From NCBI GenBank assembly GCA_963667845.2, contig CAXXVL010000002.1, positions 192,001 through 256,000 of the forward strand: a stretch of 64,000 bases of DNA, read 5' to 3'. This DNA comes from Smithellaceae bacterium (lineage in GTDB: Bacteria > Desulfobacterota > Syntrophia > Syntrophales > Smithellaceae). This document shows, piece by piece, positions 56,039 through 64,000 of this stretch (position 1 is the first letter of the stretch; every line of letters starts with the position of its first letter). The translations under genes and the position numbers were made by a program. The notes under the pieces were generated by a model that was not told the DNA's origin, made no database searches, and saw only the letters and a list, made by a program, of their open reading frames with translations.

Positions 56039-56530
56039 ATGGAAATCGGCAAGCATTGGGACGCGATCAGGTCCGTATTCGATGAAGCCTATAAGAGCTG
56101 CCTGCACTTCGCGGTGGCCACGGTCAATGAGGACGGTTCTCCGCACGTAACGCCCATCGGCGCACTGATCCTGCGCGACAACCAAACGGGTTTTTACTTT
56201 GAGGAAAATCCGGTGCGGCTGCCGCGCAATTTGATTTTCAATCCCCGCGTCTGCATCCTGGCGCAAAACGCTGATAAGCTATTCTGGGGCAACGCGCTCG
56301 TCAGCGGAAAATTCCCGACACCTCCGGCGGTGAGGCTCTCGGGGATTGCAGGTCAGCTGCGCCAGGCAACGCCTGCTGAAATAGCGCTCTGGCAGGAAAA
56401 AATTGCCTTAGCCAAAGGCACAAAGGGCTATCAGCTGTTATGGAGTTCCTTCTCTCATGTCCGCGATATTGCCTTTGATTCTTTCGAACCCGTCAGCGTG
56501 GGAGAAATGACAGGCGAACTTTGGAAATGA
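56039..56530 (+). CDS. Pyridoxamine 5'-phosphate oxidase-family (FMN-binding split barrel) protein
   Basis: VATVNEDGSPHVTPIG...NPRVCI; AAGGAGG SD. Confidence 0.85.
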   Translation: MEIGKHWDAIRSVFDEAYKSCLHFAVATVNEDGSPHVTPIGALILRDNQTGFYFEENPVRLPRNLIFNPRVCILAQNADKLFWGNALVSGKFPTPPAVRLSGIAGQLRQATPAEIALWQEKIALAKGTKGYQLLWSSFSHVRDIAFDSFEPVSVGEMTGELWK

Positions 56531-56575
56531 TCAGTACAGGCATTGAAGGAATAACTGAAAAAAGGAGATCGGGAG

Positions 56576-57091
56576 ATGACAGTTAAGGCCATTTCGCTCA
56601 GTAAAGATGAAATAAAGGAACTGGTGAGTAAGAACTGGATGACCCACGATGCCATGTGGTTTTACCATTGCCTGCAGGAATTCGGCATCGAAAAGACAAA
56701 TCAGCTGAATAAGGCTGCTATCCGCGACATGTCGGCAATAGAAATCAAGCGGATTCACAAAGCCATGGGCGCGGCGCCGATCAGCACTTTTGATGAATTC
56801 AAACACTTCTTTGACGTCGCCATGGAAATCTCTACCGGCAAATTTATGAAATTTAAGTACAGCACGCCCGCCCACAATTTAATGCACGGCGAGTGGGAGT
56901 CTTGTTTCGCTTATGAGGGGATGAAGGCACTCGGCGTCGCCGACCGTTATGAATGCGGCGTCATGCTGAGGATCAACACCTGGCTGGATACGATGGGTAT
57001 CAGGTATGAAGTGGAGCCCACCGTGACAGGCTGCATGATGCATACCGAGGGCAGATGTTTCCGAGACTACAGATATGTCTTTGATAAATAA
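56576..57091 (+). CDS. Conserved hypothetical protein (DUF6125/V4R-like, Cys-containing)
   Basis: WMTHDAMWF...CFAYEG...YEC...GC...C pattern. Confidence 0.6.
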   Translation: MTVKAISLSKDEIKELVSKNWMTHDAMWFYHCLQEFGIEKTNQLNKAAIRDMSAIEIKRIHKAMGAAPISTFDEFKHFFDVAMEISTGKFMKFKYSTPAHNLMHGEWESCFAYEGMKALGVADRYECGVMLRINTWLDTMGIRYEVEPTVTGCMMHTEGRCFRDYRYVFDK

Positions 57092-57128
57092 TTGAATGAA
57101 TGGGCAAGGACCATAAAAGGAGGTGTCT

Positions 57129-57545
57129 ATGGAGAATTCAAAATTCAGTCGTGAGCATTATGTTGCCTTCGCTGACGCCTGGCTTAAGGCCTGGAGCAAA
57201 GCCGATGCCCAGCTCGTTGCATCGCTTTACTGCGATGATCTCGATTATCGCGACCCATCCGTTCCCCTGGGAATCAAAAGGAAAGCCGACTTCATTCAAT
57301 ACCTGGAAGTGCTGTTTAGGGCATGGCCGTCTCAGCAGTGGAAACTGGAGCATCTCTATCCGCACGAGGATAAAGGCGCTTTTTCAGCCCAATATTCGTT
57401 TCAGATTGCCAATGGCAAGGCAACTATCCGCGGCCGGGGAATGGATCTTATGGTATTGAACCAGGACAAAATATGCATCAATCACGTTTACCTGAACGCG
57501 GATCAATGGAATAGCTGGATTGCCGCCGATTCAAAAAGAAAATAG
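57129..57545 (+). CDS. NTF2/SnoaL-like protein
   Basis: WLKAWSKAD...LYCDDLDYRDP...GMDLM; AGGAGG SD. Confidence 0.8.
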   Translation: MENSKFSREHYVAFADAWLKAWSKADAQLVASLYCDDLDYRDPSVPLGIKRKADFIQYLEVLFRAWPSQQWKLEHLYPHEDKGAFSAQYSFQIANGKATIRGRGMDLMVLNQDKICINHVYLNADQWNSWIAADSKRK

Positions 57546-57630
57546 CCATTCCGGGAATAGACCTGCGAAAATCTCCAGGCCGCGCGCCCGGGTCCTCCCC
57601 AAGATGATGCTTTAATTTTTAGCCGGCATT

Positions 57631-58509
57631 ATGTATAACACGGGCATGGAAGAAAGCGTCTATAAAGGAGTCTTGACGGTTTCCGGGAAAGCGGCCTTCC
57701 TCGCGGCGGCCGACGGCGCCCGCCATCTGGAAGGCGAAAAGATCTGGAGCGGATACAAGCGGCACTGGACCGGACTTCCGGTATCCGCCCGCCGGCTTCC
57801 CCAGAAGGATTACGAAACCGGCCGGCCGATCATCATTATGTGGCCGGATGCACCCGCCGTGCCGGAGCCGTTCGTCGATCTTTATTTCAATGAGCGCCTG
57901 GTAAAGTATCCCGCCTCTTTTCTGGGCCATATGGCAGTGAACGTGAATGGCGACATCTTCAACTTCTCCCACAAAATCAATGAAAATGAAGTCATCAGCC
58001 GCGAAGAGTACTTCTACCGGCCGGCGCTGGGGGAATTTGCTCCTCACCCGGAAACCTGCCGGGATAACATCGATGATCCCGAGAGGCCTTACTACGACAA
58101 GTTCGGCAGGCTTTTTATGAGGACAGTCCATGTTCTTCGCCTTACCGGACTCGACACGGCGACCTTATCGCGTTTCTTTTATCGTGAACTTGACGTGATC
58201 AGAAATACGCCGCCCGATCCGAAACGGCCCGGAGAGTATGTTGATTTCAGCGCACTCACCCGCAACTGCGCCACGATCATCCGCGACGGATTCAGAAAGC
58301 TGGGATTCGATAAAATCCGCGGCATCCTGCCCCGAGATCTTTTTGTCAATGTGACCTATCATTTTCTAAAGCAGTCGGAGAATCCTTCGATCAAAGTTTC
58401 CTGTCAGACGTATCAACAACTGCGCGTCGAGGAAGCAATGCCAAGCGCTATGCCGCCGCTGATCAATCCCGTCAATCGCTGGAAGAACCGAATTTTGAGC
58501 AAATCATAA
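57631..58509 (+). CDS. Hypothetical protein with permuted papain-like (His...Cys) motifs
   Basis: GHMAVNVNG precedes FSALTRNCATII. Confidence 0.55.
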   Translation: MYNTGMEESVYKGVLTVSGKAAFLAAADGARHLEGEKIWSGYKRHWTGLPVSARRLPQKDYETGRPIIIMWPDAPAVPEPFVDLYFNERLVKYPASFLGHMAVNVNGDIFNFSHKINENEVISREEYFYRPALGEFAPHPETCRDNIDDPERPYYDKFGRLFMRTVHVLRLTGLDTATLSRFFYRELDVIRNTPPDPKRPGEYVDFSALTRNCATIIRDGFRKLGFDKIRGILPRDLFVNVTYHFLKQSENPSIKVSCQTYQQLRVEEAMPSAMPPLINPVNRWKNRILSKS

Positions 58510-58672
58510 GCGGGCAGGCAGGCTAAATGAAGCAATCGGCATGAAGAATAGCCGAGGGAAAATTCAGCGAGTCGTTATATAATGGAAAGCGCCGGCAATG
58601 CCTGAAAAGGCCGGAACGGCATTTGCGGGGATAGAACAAAATACCTTTATCGTCATAGCAAAGGAGGCAAAC

Positions 58673-59455
58673 ATGCTTTACAGAAAAGTGGCACTTCTTT
58701 TCGTCATCCTGATCCTTATCGCGGGCTGCGGCGGCGTCCGGCAGGGCTCGGCCGTGAAAACCGATGAGCCTCAAACCCCGGCTGCCAAGCCGCAAACTTA
58801 TGAAATCAAGAACTCCGAACAGATGCTCGTCATCTTTACGGCGCCTCCGGCCGTCGTGAAAAATCTGGCTCCCGCGCCCCTGGTCGCAAGCCCCTATAAC
58901 CTCATGGTGGTCTACGTCTCGCGCACCCCTGTGGACAATGGTTTTACTCACGACATGTCACTGGGAGTGATCACCATGTATAAAGGCAAAATGTATATGT
59001 ACCCGGTCTATCGCGTGGTGGACAATAAAGCGACAAGCGAACTGGGGCGCATGATTACAGGTTCGCCGACCAGGATCGCACGCATCACCCTGGAGAAAAA
59101 AGATAAAACCATCACGGCTGCTGTTGAACGGGAAGGCAAAATTCTCTTTAAAGCGACCATGGCGCTGGGTGAACCGGGAGAACCGATCGACAGTTCCCCC
59201 GTGGTCAATCTGAAAATGGTCCCGGGAGCACAAAAGGACGCGCCGCCTGAACTCAAGCAGCTCGTCATCGGGAAAATTGAACCCGTCACAGTCCATGAGC
59301 TGATTGACGGGCAGTCTATCATGGAATTTGATCAATCTCTGACGGATAATTTTCCCAAAGTATCCGTCAAGCAGGTTTATCGGAGCGTCTACCGGAGGGC
59401 AGATTACAAGCTGACCGACCTGGGTGTTCTTTACGACTACCTGAAAGCGAACTGA
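58673..59455 (+). CDS. Acetoacetate decarboxylase-fold lipoprotein
   Basis: AAGGAGG SD; LIAGC lipobox; VDN...ELGRMITGSP, VNLKMVP...ELKQLV ADC-like segments. Confidence 0.7.
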   Translation: MLYRKVALLFVILILIAGCGGVRQGSAVKTDEPQTPAAKPQTYEIKNSEQMLVIFTAPPAVVKNLAPAPLVASPYNLMVVYVSRTPVDNGFTHDMSLGVITMYKGKMYMYPVYRVVDNKATSELGRMITGSPTRIARITLEKKDKTITAAVEREGKILFKATMALGEPGEPIDSSPVVNLKMVPGAQKDAPPELKQLVIGKIEPVTVHELIDGQSIMEFDQSLTDNFPKVSVKQVYRSVYRRADYKLTDLGVLYDYLKAN

Positions 59456-59475
59456 AGAAGAATCGAGGTGCACCC

Positions 59476-60177
59476 GTGGCCGAGAAAAACGCAAAGCATG
59501 ATGGAAAGCTCTCGAGGCGCACGTTCCTGAAAATTTCGGGCACGGCAGCCGCGGGCTTAAGTGTGGGCGGTATTCTATCGAACATCATCTGGCTCGATGA
59601 TGCGGTGGCCGCCATCCCCGCTTCCGAAGGTTATCTGCTGGTAGACGCCAAGAAGTGCCAGGGATGCGTCTCTTGCATGCTGGCCTGTTCCCTGGTGCAT
59701 GAAGGCGTGGAAAATCTATCGCTGGCCAGAATCCAGATCACGCAAAACTCTTTTGAGAAATGGCCCGATGATCTCGCTATCGAAACCTGCCGGCAGTGCG
59801 TAAAACCCGCGTGCATTGAAGCCTGCCCCACCAAAGCGTTGCACGCCGATGCCCGGGCAGGCCATGTTCGGACGGTCACGAAGGCGAAATGTATCGGCTG
59901 CCAGTCCTGCATCAAGGCCTGCCCTTATCGGCCGGCCAGTGCGCTGTGGAACCCGGCCGAAAGGCATGCGCAGAAATGCGATCTGTGCGCCGATGCCCCT
60001 TATCACTGGGACAAGCTAGGTGGTGGACCGAAAGGGAAACAGGCCTGCGTGGAAGTCTGCCCGGTAGCGGCCATTAAATTCACGGCTGAAATTCCGGAGC
60101 AAAAAGGAGACAAAGGGTACAAGGTCAACCTCCGCGGCCCGGCCTGGAAAAAACTGAAGTATCCGGTATCCGATTAG
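59476..60177 (+). CDS. Tat-signal 4x[4Fe-4S] ferredoxin subunit (YdhY/AorA-like)
   Basis: SRRTFLK twin-arginine motif; CQGCVSCMLAC, CRQC..PACIEACP, CIGCQSCIKACP, KCDLC...ACVEVCP. Confidence 0.88.
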   Translation: MAEKNAKHDGKLSRRTFLKISGTAAAGLSVGGILSNIIWLDDAVAAIPASEGYLLVDAKKCQGCVSCMLACSLVHEGVENLSLARIQITQNSFEKWPDDLAIETCRQCVKPACIEACPTKALHADARAGHVRTVTKAKCIGCQSCIKACPYRPASALWNPAERHAQKCDLCADAPYHWDKLGGGPKGKQACVEVCPVAAIKFTAEIPEQKGDKGYKVNLRGPAWKKLKYPVSD

Positions 60178-60222
60178 ACGAGGCCGGCCAATACGAAAAT
60201 TGAGTAAGCCATCTTTTGAAAG

Positions 60223-62334
60223 GTGCATTCCATGAACGGGTATGCCGGAAAAATTCTGAGAATCAATTTGACGGACGGGAAAATAACGACGATTCCTACC
60301 AGCCGCTACGAACAGTGGATTGGCGGACATGGCATGGGATCGGCGATTTTCTTTGATCTGGTAAAAGATAAAACCATCGACGGGTTCCATCCGGATAACG
60401 TGGTCACTATCATGACTTCCCCGCTCTCGGGGACGCTGACGCCGGCAGCGGGCGGCCGCACGGAAGTTCAGGGCATCGGGGTCCAGTCCTATCCCATCGG
60501 CTGGTTTACCCGCAGCAACTTCGGCGGCCGATTTTCCGCCATGCTCAAGTATGCGGGATGGGACGGAATTGTCCTGGAAGGTAAAGCCCCCCGGCCGGTC
60601 TGGATCGATATCCGCAATGCAAAAGTCGTCATCCGGGACTGTCAGCCCCTGTCGCTGTGGGGGCAGGATACAAAAGCCTGCCAGGAAACCCTCTGGCGTT
60701 ATGTTGCGGGAGATCGATCCGGAAACGACTGGGTTTCGCCCACCGGAAACCCCGATGAAAGGACCACCCAGCAGCCGGCTGTCCTGGCTATCGGTCCCGC
60801 CGGAGAAAACCTGAGCCGGATGGCCTGCCTGATTCACGACGCCGCCCACGGCTCCGGCCAGGGAGGATTTGGTGCCGTCTGGGGATCGAAGAATCTCAAG
60901 GCTGTGAGCGTGATCGGCACAGACGACATTAAAGTGCATGATCCCAAAGCCTTAATGGCCGCTCGCCTGGAACAGAAGAACCAGTATGCGTTTAATCCGG
61001 ATGGCCCGATAACCGCTCCCGCTCCATCGGGATTTGATCTTCCGCCGGTGCCGGTCGTCCTGTGGGGAATTTTCCCCGGATCAGGAAGGCCCAGGGAGGA
61101 GCAACGCCCCCAGGCCTGCCTGGGCTGCCATTCGGGCTGCCGGGCGCGATACAAAAGCGGGCTGGGCAACGGCGCCATGTGCTTCACGACGGTCTTCTAC
61201 CGAAGTGCTCAATCGCTGGACATTCAGCGCCGGGCCAGTGACCTGCTCAACCGCTACGGCATCAATGCCCACGAAATGATTTTTTGCGATAATTATCTGG
61301 CAGAGTTGAACGCCCGCGGTATTCTCGGCCCGGGAAAAGTGATCGACTGCCCGCTGAATTTCGAGGATCGCGGCAGCCTGGCGTTTGTCGACCAGCTGCT
61401 CACGAGCGTCGCCTATCGCAATGACGGGAAAGACAAGCCCCATGCCTTCGGAGATACACTGGCCGACGGCGTCATCCGGGCCGCAAAAAAATGGGGACGC
61501 CTGGACGGCGATCTGAAAACGGGCCTGCTGCAATTTCCCTTCTGGGGCCTGCCGGTGCACAAGGAACCGACGGCTCAGCTGGAATGGGGCTATGGAACTA
61601 TTTTGGGTGACAGAGATATTAACGAACATGACTTTGACTGGATCAAAATCGATCTTCTCATCGCCCGGTCTCAAGGCAGGGAACCGCGGGTTCCGGCGGG
61701 AACACTGGCCAGGATCGTCACCGATAAAATGGTGCCCTTTCAGGGAGATGAATTGATGCTGGACTACAGCACGGCCAATATGTATTCCGAGCATATGGCC
61801 AAGTTCGTCAGCTGGCACCGCTATTACACCCGCTTCTGGAAACAGTCCGCTCTTTTCTGCGACTGGCGCTGGGCCGACTTTGTTAACGTTCATGCCCCCG
61901 GCAAGATCGGTTCCACGGGCATTGCGGAACCGAAATTTTTCAATGCCGTGACGGGAAAAAATATTACCTTTCTCGACAGCATTGAGCTGGGCCGCAAAAT
62001 TTGGAACCTCGATCACGCCATCTGGACGCTCCAGGGCAGGCATCGCGACATGGTGCGTTTCGCCGACTATGCTTATGACGTGGTCAGCAATGGGGAAGGC
62101 ATGCCCGCCGTGTATCTGCCGGGAAAAGAGAACGGCGAATGGGCCTATATTGATACGCTGGGAAGAACGTTCGACAGGAAAAAGGTTGAAGAATTCAAAA
62201 CGCATTTTTACAAATTGCAGGGCTGGGATGTCGCCTCCGGATATCCGACGCGCCGGACGCTTAACTCTCTGGGACTTGCCCACGTGGCGGATGAACTGCA
62301 AAAAGCCGGTAAACTGGGATCCGGGTCTTCATAA
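60223..62334 (+). CDS. Aldehyde:ferredoxin oxidoreductase-family (W/Mo-bis-pterin) enzyme, YdhV-like
   Basis: GYAGKILRINLT, SNFGGRF...LKYAGWDGIV, IGPAGEN, GAVWGSKNLKA, CLGCHSGC, GWD..SGYPT; no signal peptide of its own. Confidence 0.9.
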   Translation: MHSMNGYAGKILRINLTDGKITTIPTSRYEQWIGGHGMGSAIFFDLVKDKTIDGFHPDNVVTIMTSPLSGTLTPAAGGRTEVQGIGVQSYPIGWFTRSNFGGRFSAMLKYAGWDGIVLEGKAPRPVWIDIRNAKVVIRDCQPLSLWGQDTKACQETLWRYVAGDRSGNDWVSPTGNPDERTTQQPAVLAIGPAGENLSRMACLIHDAAHGSGQGGFGAVWGSKNLKAVSVIGTDDIKVHDPKALMAARLEQKNQYAFNPDGPITAPAPSGFDLPPVPVVLWGIFPGSGRPREEQRPQACLGCHSGCRARYKSGLGNGAMCFTTVFYRSAQSLDIQRRASDLLNRYGINAHEMIFCDNYLAELNARGILGPGKVIDCPLNFEDRGSLAFVDQLLTSVAYRNDGKDKPHAFGDTLADGVIRAAKKWGRLDGDLKTGLLQFPFWGLPVHKEPTAQLEWGYGTILGDRDINEHDFDWIKIDLLIARSQGREPRVPAGTLARIVTDKMVPFQGDELMLDYSTANMYSEHMAKFVSWHRYYTRFWKQSALFCDWRWADFVNVHAPGKIGSTGIAEPKFFNAVTGKNITFLDSIELGRKIWNLDHAIWTLQGRHRDMVRFADYAYDVVSNGEGMPAVYLPGKENGEWAYIDTLGRTFDRKKVEEFKTHFYKLQGWDVASGYPTRRTLNSLGLAHVADELQKAGKLGSGSS

Positions 62335-62346
62335 AAGGAGGAGGAA

Positions 62347-63330
62347 ATGATGATTCATCTCCGGATAAAAATAATCGTCGCGATTCTGGTTCTGATGATT
62401 TTTGTTTCAGCGGGCCTTGCGGATGTGAACCCCGCCACAGCTGTGAAATCAAAAGACGCCGCGAAGGCCATTGAATCGAAACAGGTGAACATCTGGAGCG
62501 ACGGCACACGGATGTCCGGCACGGTCTTTTATCCCCAGGGACTTACGTCCCGGGACAAGCTGCCGGGAATTATTCTCTGCCACGGCTGGGGCGGTCTCCG
62601 ACTACATTTGAATGCCGCCATTGCCCCGCTCTTTGCCGAGGCGGGCTATATTGTGCTGACCTTTGATTACCGCGGCTGGGGCGACAGCGACAGCCGTCTG
62701 GTCATCAAGGGCGCCATGCCGGCTCCCGATGCCCAAGGCGAAGTGACCGTCCGGGCGCGCGCGGTCCGGGAACTGGTCGATCCCTTCGACCAGACCGAAG
62801 ACATTATCGCGGCCCTGGATTTTCTTTCGGGAGAACCCGGGGTGGACACCAAACGGATCGGCCTGTGGGGAACCAGCTTCGGCGGCGGCCATGTTGTCTA
62901 CGTCGCAGCCAAAGATAATCGCGTACGGTGTATCGTCAGTCAGGTCCCGTCGATGGACGGCAGTTGGGTAAACCGGTTCTTCGATCCCCGCAAAATGGCG
63001 ACCGAGAGGGCACGCGGGGAAATCGATCCGGTACCTCAGGGAGTGAATGCCGTGCCCGGCCTCCAGGGCACACCGTACCTGTCACGGATTGCACAGTATC
63101 GTCCCGTGGAGGCAGCCTCCACGCTGAAAATTCCCGTTTTGATCATTGCCGCGGAAAAAGAAAAACTGATGGACAACCGGGAGCATGGCGAAAAAGTTTA
63201 TAACATCGTCGTCAGGAACCGCGTACCGGCAAAATATGAGACCATTCCGGGGACTCACTTTGAAATTTACAGCACCTATCGAAACCGGGCCATCGCATCA
63301 GCCATCGCCTGGTTTGACAAATATCTGTAA
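62347..63330 (+). CDS. Secreted alpha/beta hydrolase
   Basis: Signal peptide (GLA|D); HGWGG, FDYRGWGDS, GTSFGG nucleophile elbow, GTHF. Confidence 0.88.
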   Translation: MMIHLRIKIIVAILVLMIFVSAGLADVNPATAVKSKDAAKAIESKQVNIWSDGTRMSGTVFYPQGLTSRDKLPGIILCHGWGGLRLHLNAAIAPLFAEAGYIVLTFDYRGWGDSDSRLVIKGAMPAPDAQGEVTVRARAVRELVDPFDQTEDIIAALDFLSGEPGVDTKRIGLWGTSFGGGHVVYVAAKDNRVRCIVSQVPSMDGSWVNRFFDPRKMATERARGEIDPVPQGVNAVPGLQGTPYLSRIAQYRPVEAASTLKIPVLIIAAEKEKLMDNREHGEKVYNIVVRNRVPAKYETIPGTHFEIYSTYRNRAIASAIAWFDKYL

Positions 63331-63446
63331 AAATATTTGTCTGGCCCCCCGATCTTCTGCCCGTTTAACGATCATAATCGTGATTTGAAATAGGGATGAT
63401 GCGACAACGAAGCAGGACCCGCTTCTTTTCTTTGGCGCAGAACCGG

Positions 63447-64000
63447 TTAATCGTGTTTTGTCTTCGAATTCCTTGCCGACCGACTCACTGCAGGTTGCGG
63501 CGGCGCACAGGAGCTGTGTCTTGACCCGACGGGCATTCCCGAGGGAAACACATACCGCACCGCCCTTTCATAAAGCAGGTAATCCCAGGCCCAGTTGATA
63601 AGCACCATGACCCGGTTACGGAAACCGATGAGATTGAAGAGATGGATGATGAGCCAGAGCACCCAGGCCGGAAATCCCCTGAATGTCTTTTCACCGATTG
63701 CTACGCCTGCCGCCTTCCGGCCGATGGCGATCATGGAGCCGCGATCATTATAGCGGAATGCCTCCGCTGATCTTCCGGCAATGTCCGCCAGAATATTTTT
63801 CGCGGCGGCAACGCCCGATTGAATGGCCACCTGGGCCACCATCGGCAGGATGCGCCCGTCTTCCCGGATGGAGGCCAGATCGCCGATAACGTAAACACCG
63901 GGATGGTCGATAACCTGCAAGGTGTCCTGCACCGCCACGCGTCCGTCCCGCACGATCGGAATATTGGAGTCGGCGGCCAGCTCTTCACCGCGAACGCCTG
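63447..64000 (-). CDS. ndh: Type II NADH:quinone oxidoreductase, C-terminal part (partial)
   Basis: VYVIGDLA, PMVAQVAIQSG, FRYNDRGSMIAIG, WLIIHLFNLIGFRNR. Confidence 0.88.
   Translation of the reverse strand, partial: GVRGEELAADSNIPIVRDGRVAVQDTLQVIDHPGVYVIGDLASIREDGRILPMVAQVAIQSGVAAAKNILADIAGRSAEAFRYNDRGSMIAIGRKAAGVAIGEKTFRGFPAWVLWLIIHLFNLIGFRNRVMVLINWAWDYLLYERAVRYVFPSGMPVGSRHSSCAPPQPAVSRSARNSKTKHD

Overview
Gene-dense, GC-rich chromosomal window. It most likely comes from an anaerobic syntrophic deltaproteobacterium (Syntrophales, Smithella/Syntrophus-like). This is inferred from the glutaconyl-CoA decarboxylase C-terminus, orphan ADP-forming acyl-CoA synthetase alpha-type genes, wHTH-4Fe-4S proteins and an AOR. 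Contents: acyl-CoA metabolism (gcdA end, acyl-CoA dehydrogenase-rubredoxin fusion, FadD, SDR), ABC and RND transporters, PAS signalling proteins, hup, mltA, lnt, a menA-like gene, two TetR-controlled units and a Tat-linked YdhYV-like aldehyde oxidoreductase cluster. No rRNA, tRNA, CRISPR array, transposase or integrase was seen. Main non-routine signals: (1) five intergenic copies of a ~60-100 nt hairpin element, in long (two-hairpin) and short (collapsed) forms, resembling non-autonomous IS200/IS605-end elements; (2) an RND pump fused to a TolC-like channel through an internal signal-peptide-like segment; (3) a CoA-transferase-GNAT fusion lacking the catalytic Glu; (4) an apparently exported AOR cluster with a lysine-less ADC-fold lipoprotein; (5) a 46-bp duplicated upstream element shared by a TMEM175/DUF1259 unit and an RND unit; (6) a palindrome-dense patch at 43.4-44.0 kb including a ~180-nt rod-like hairpin. 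All assignments are by eye from motifs; no database searches were run.
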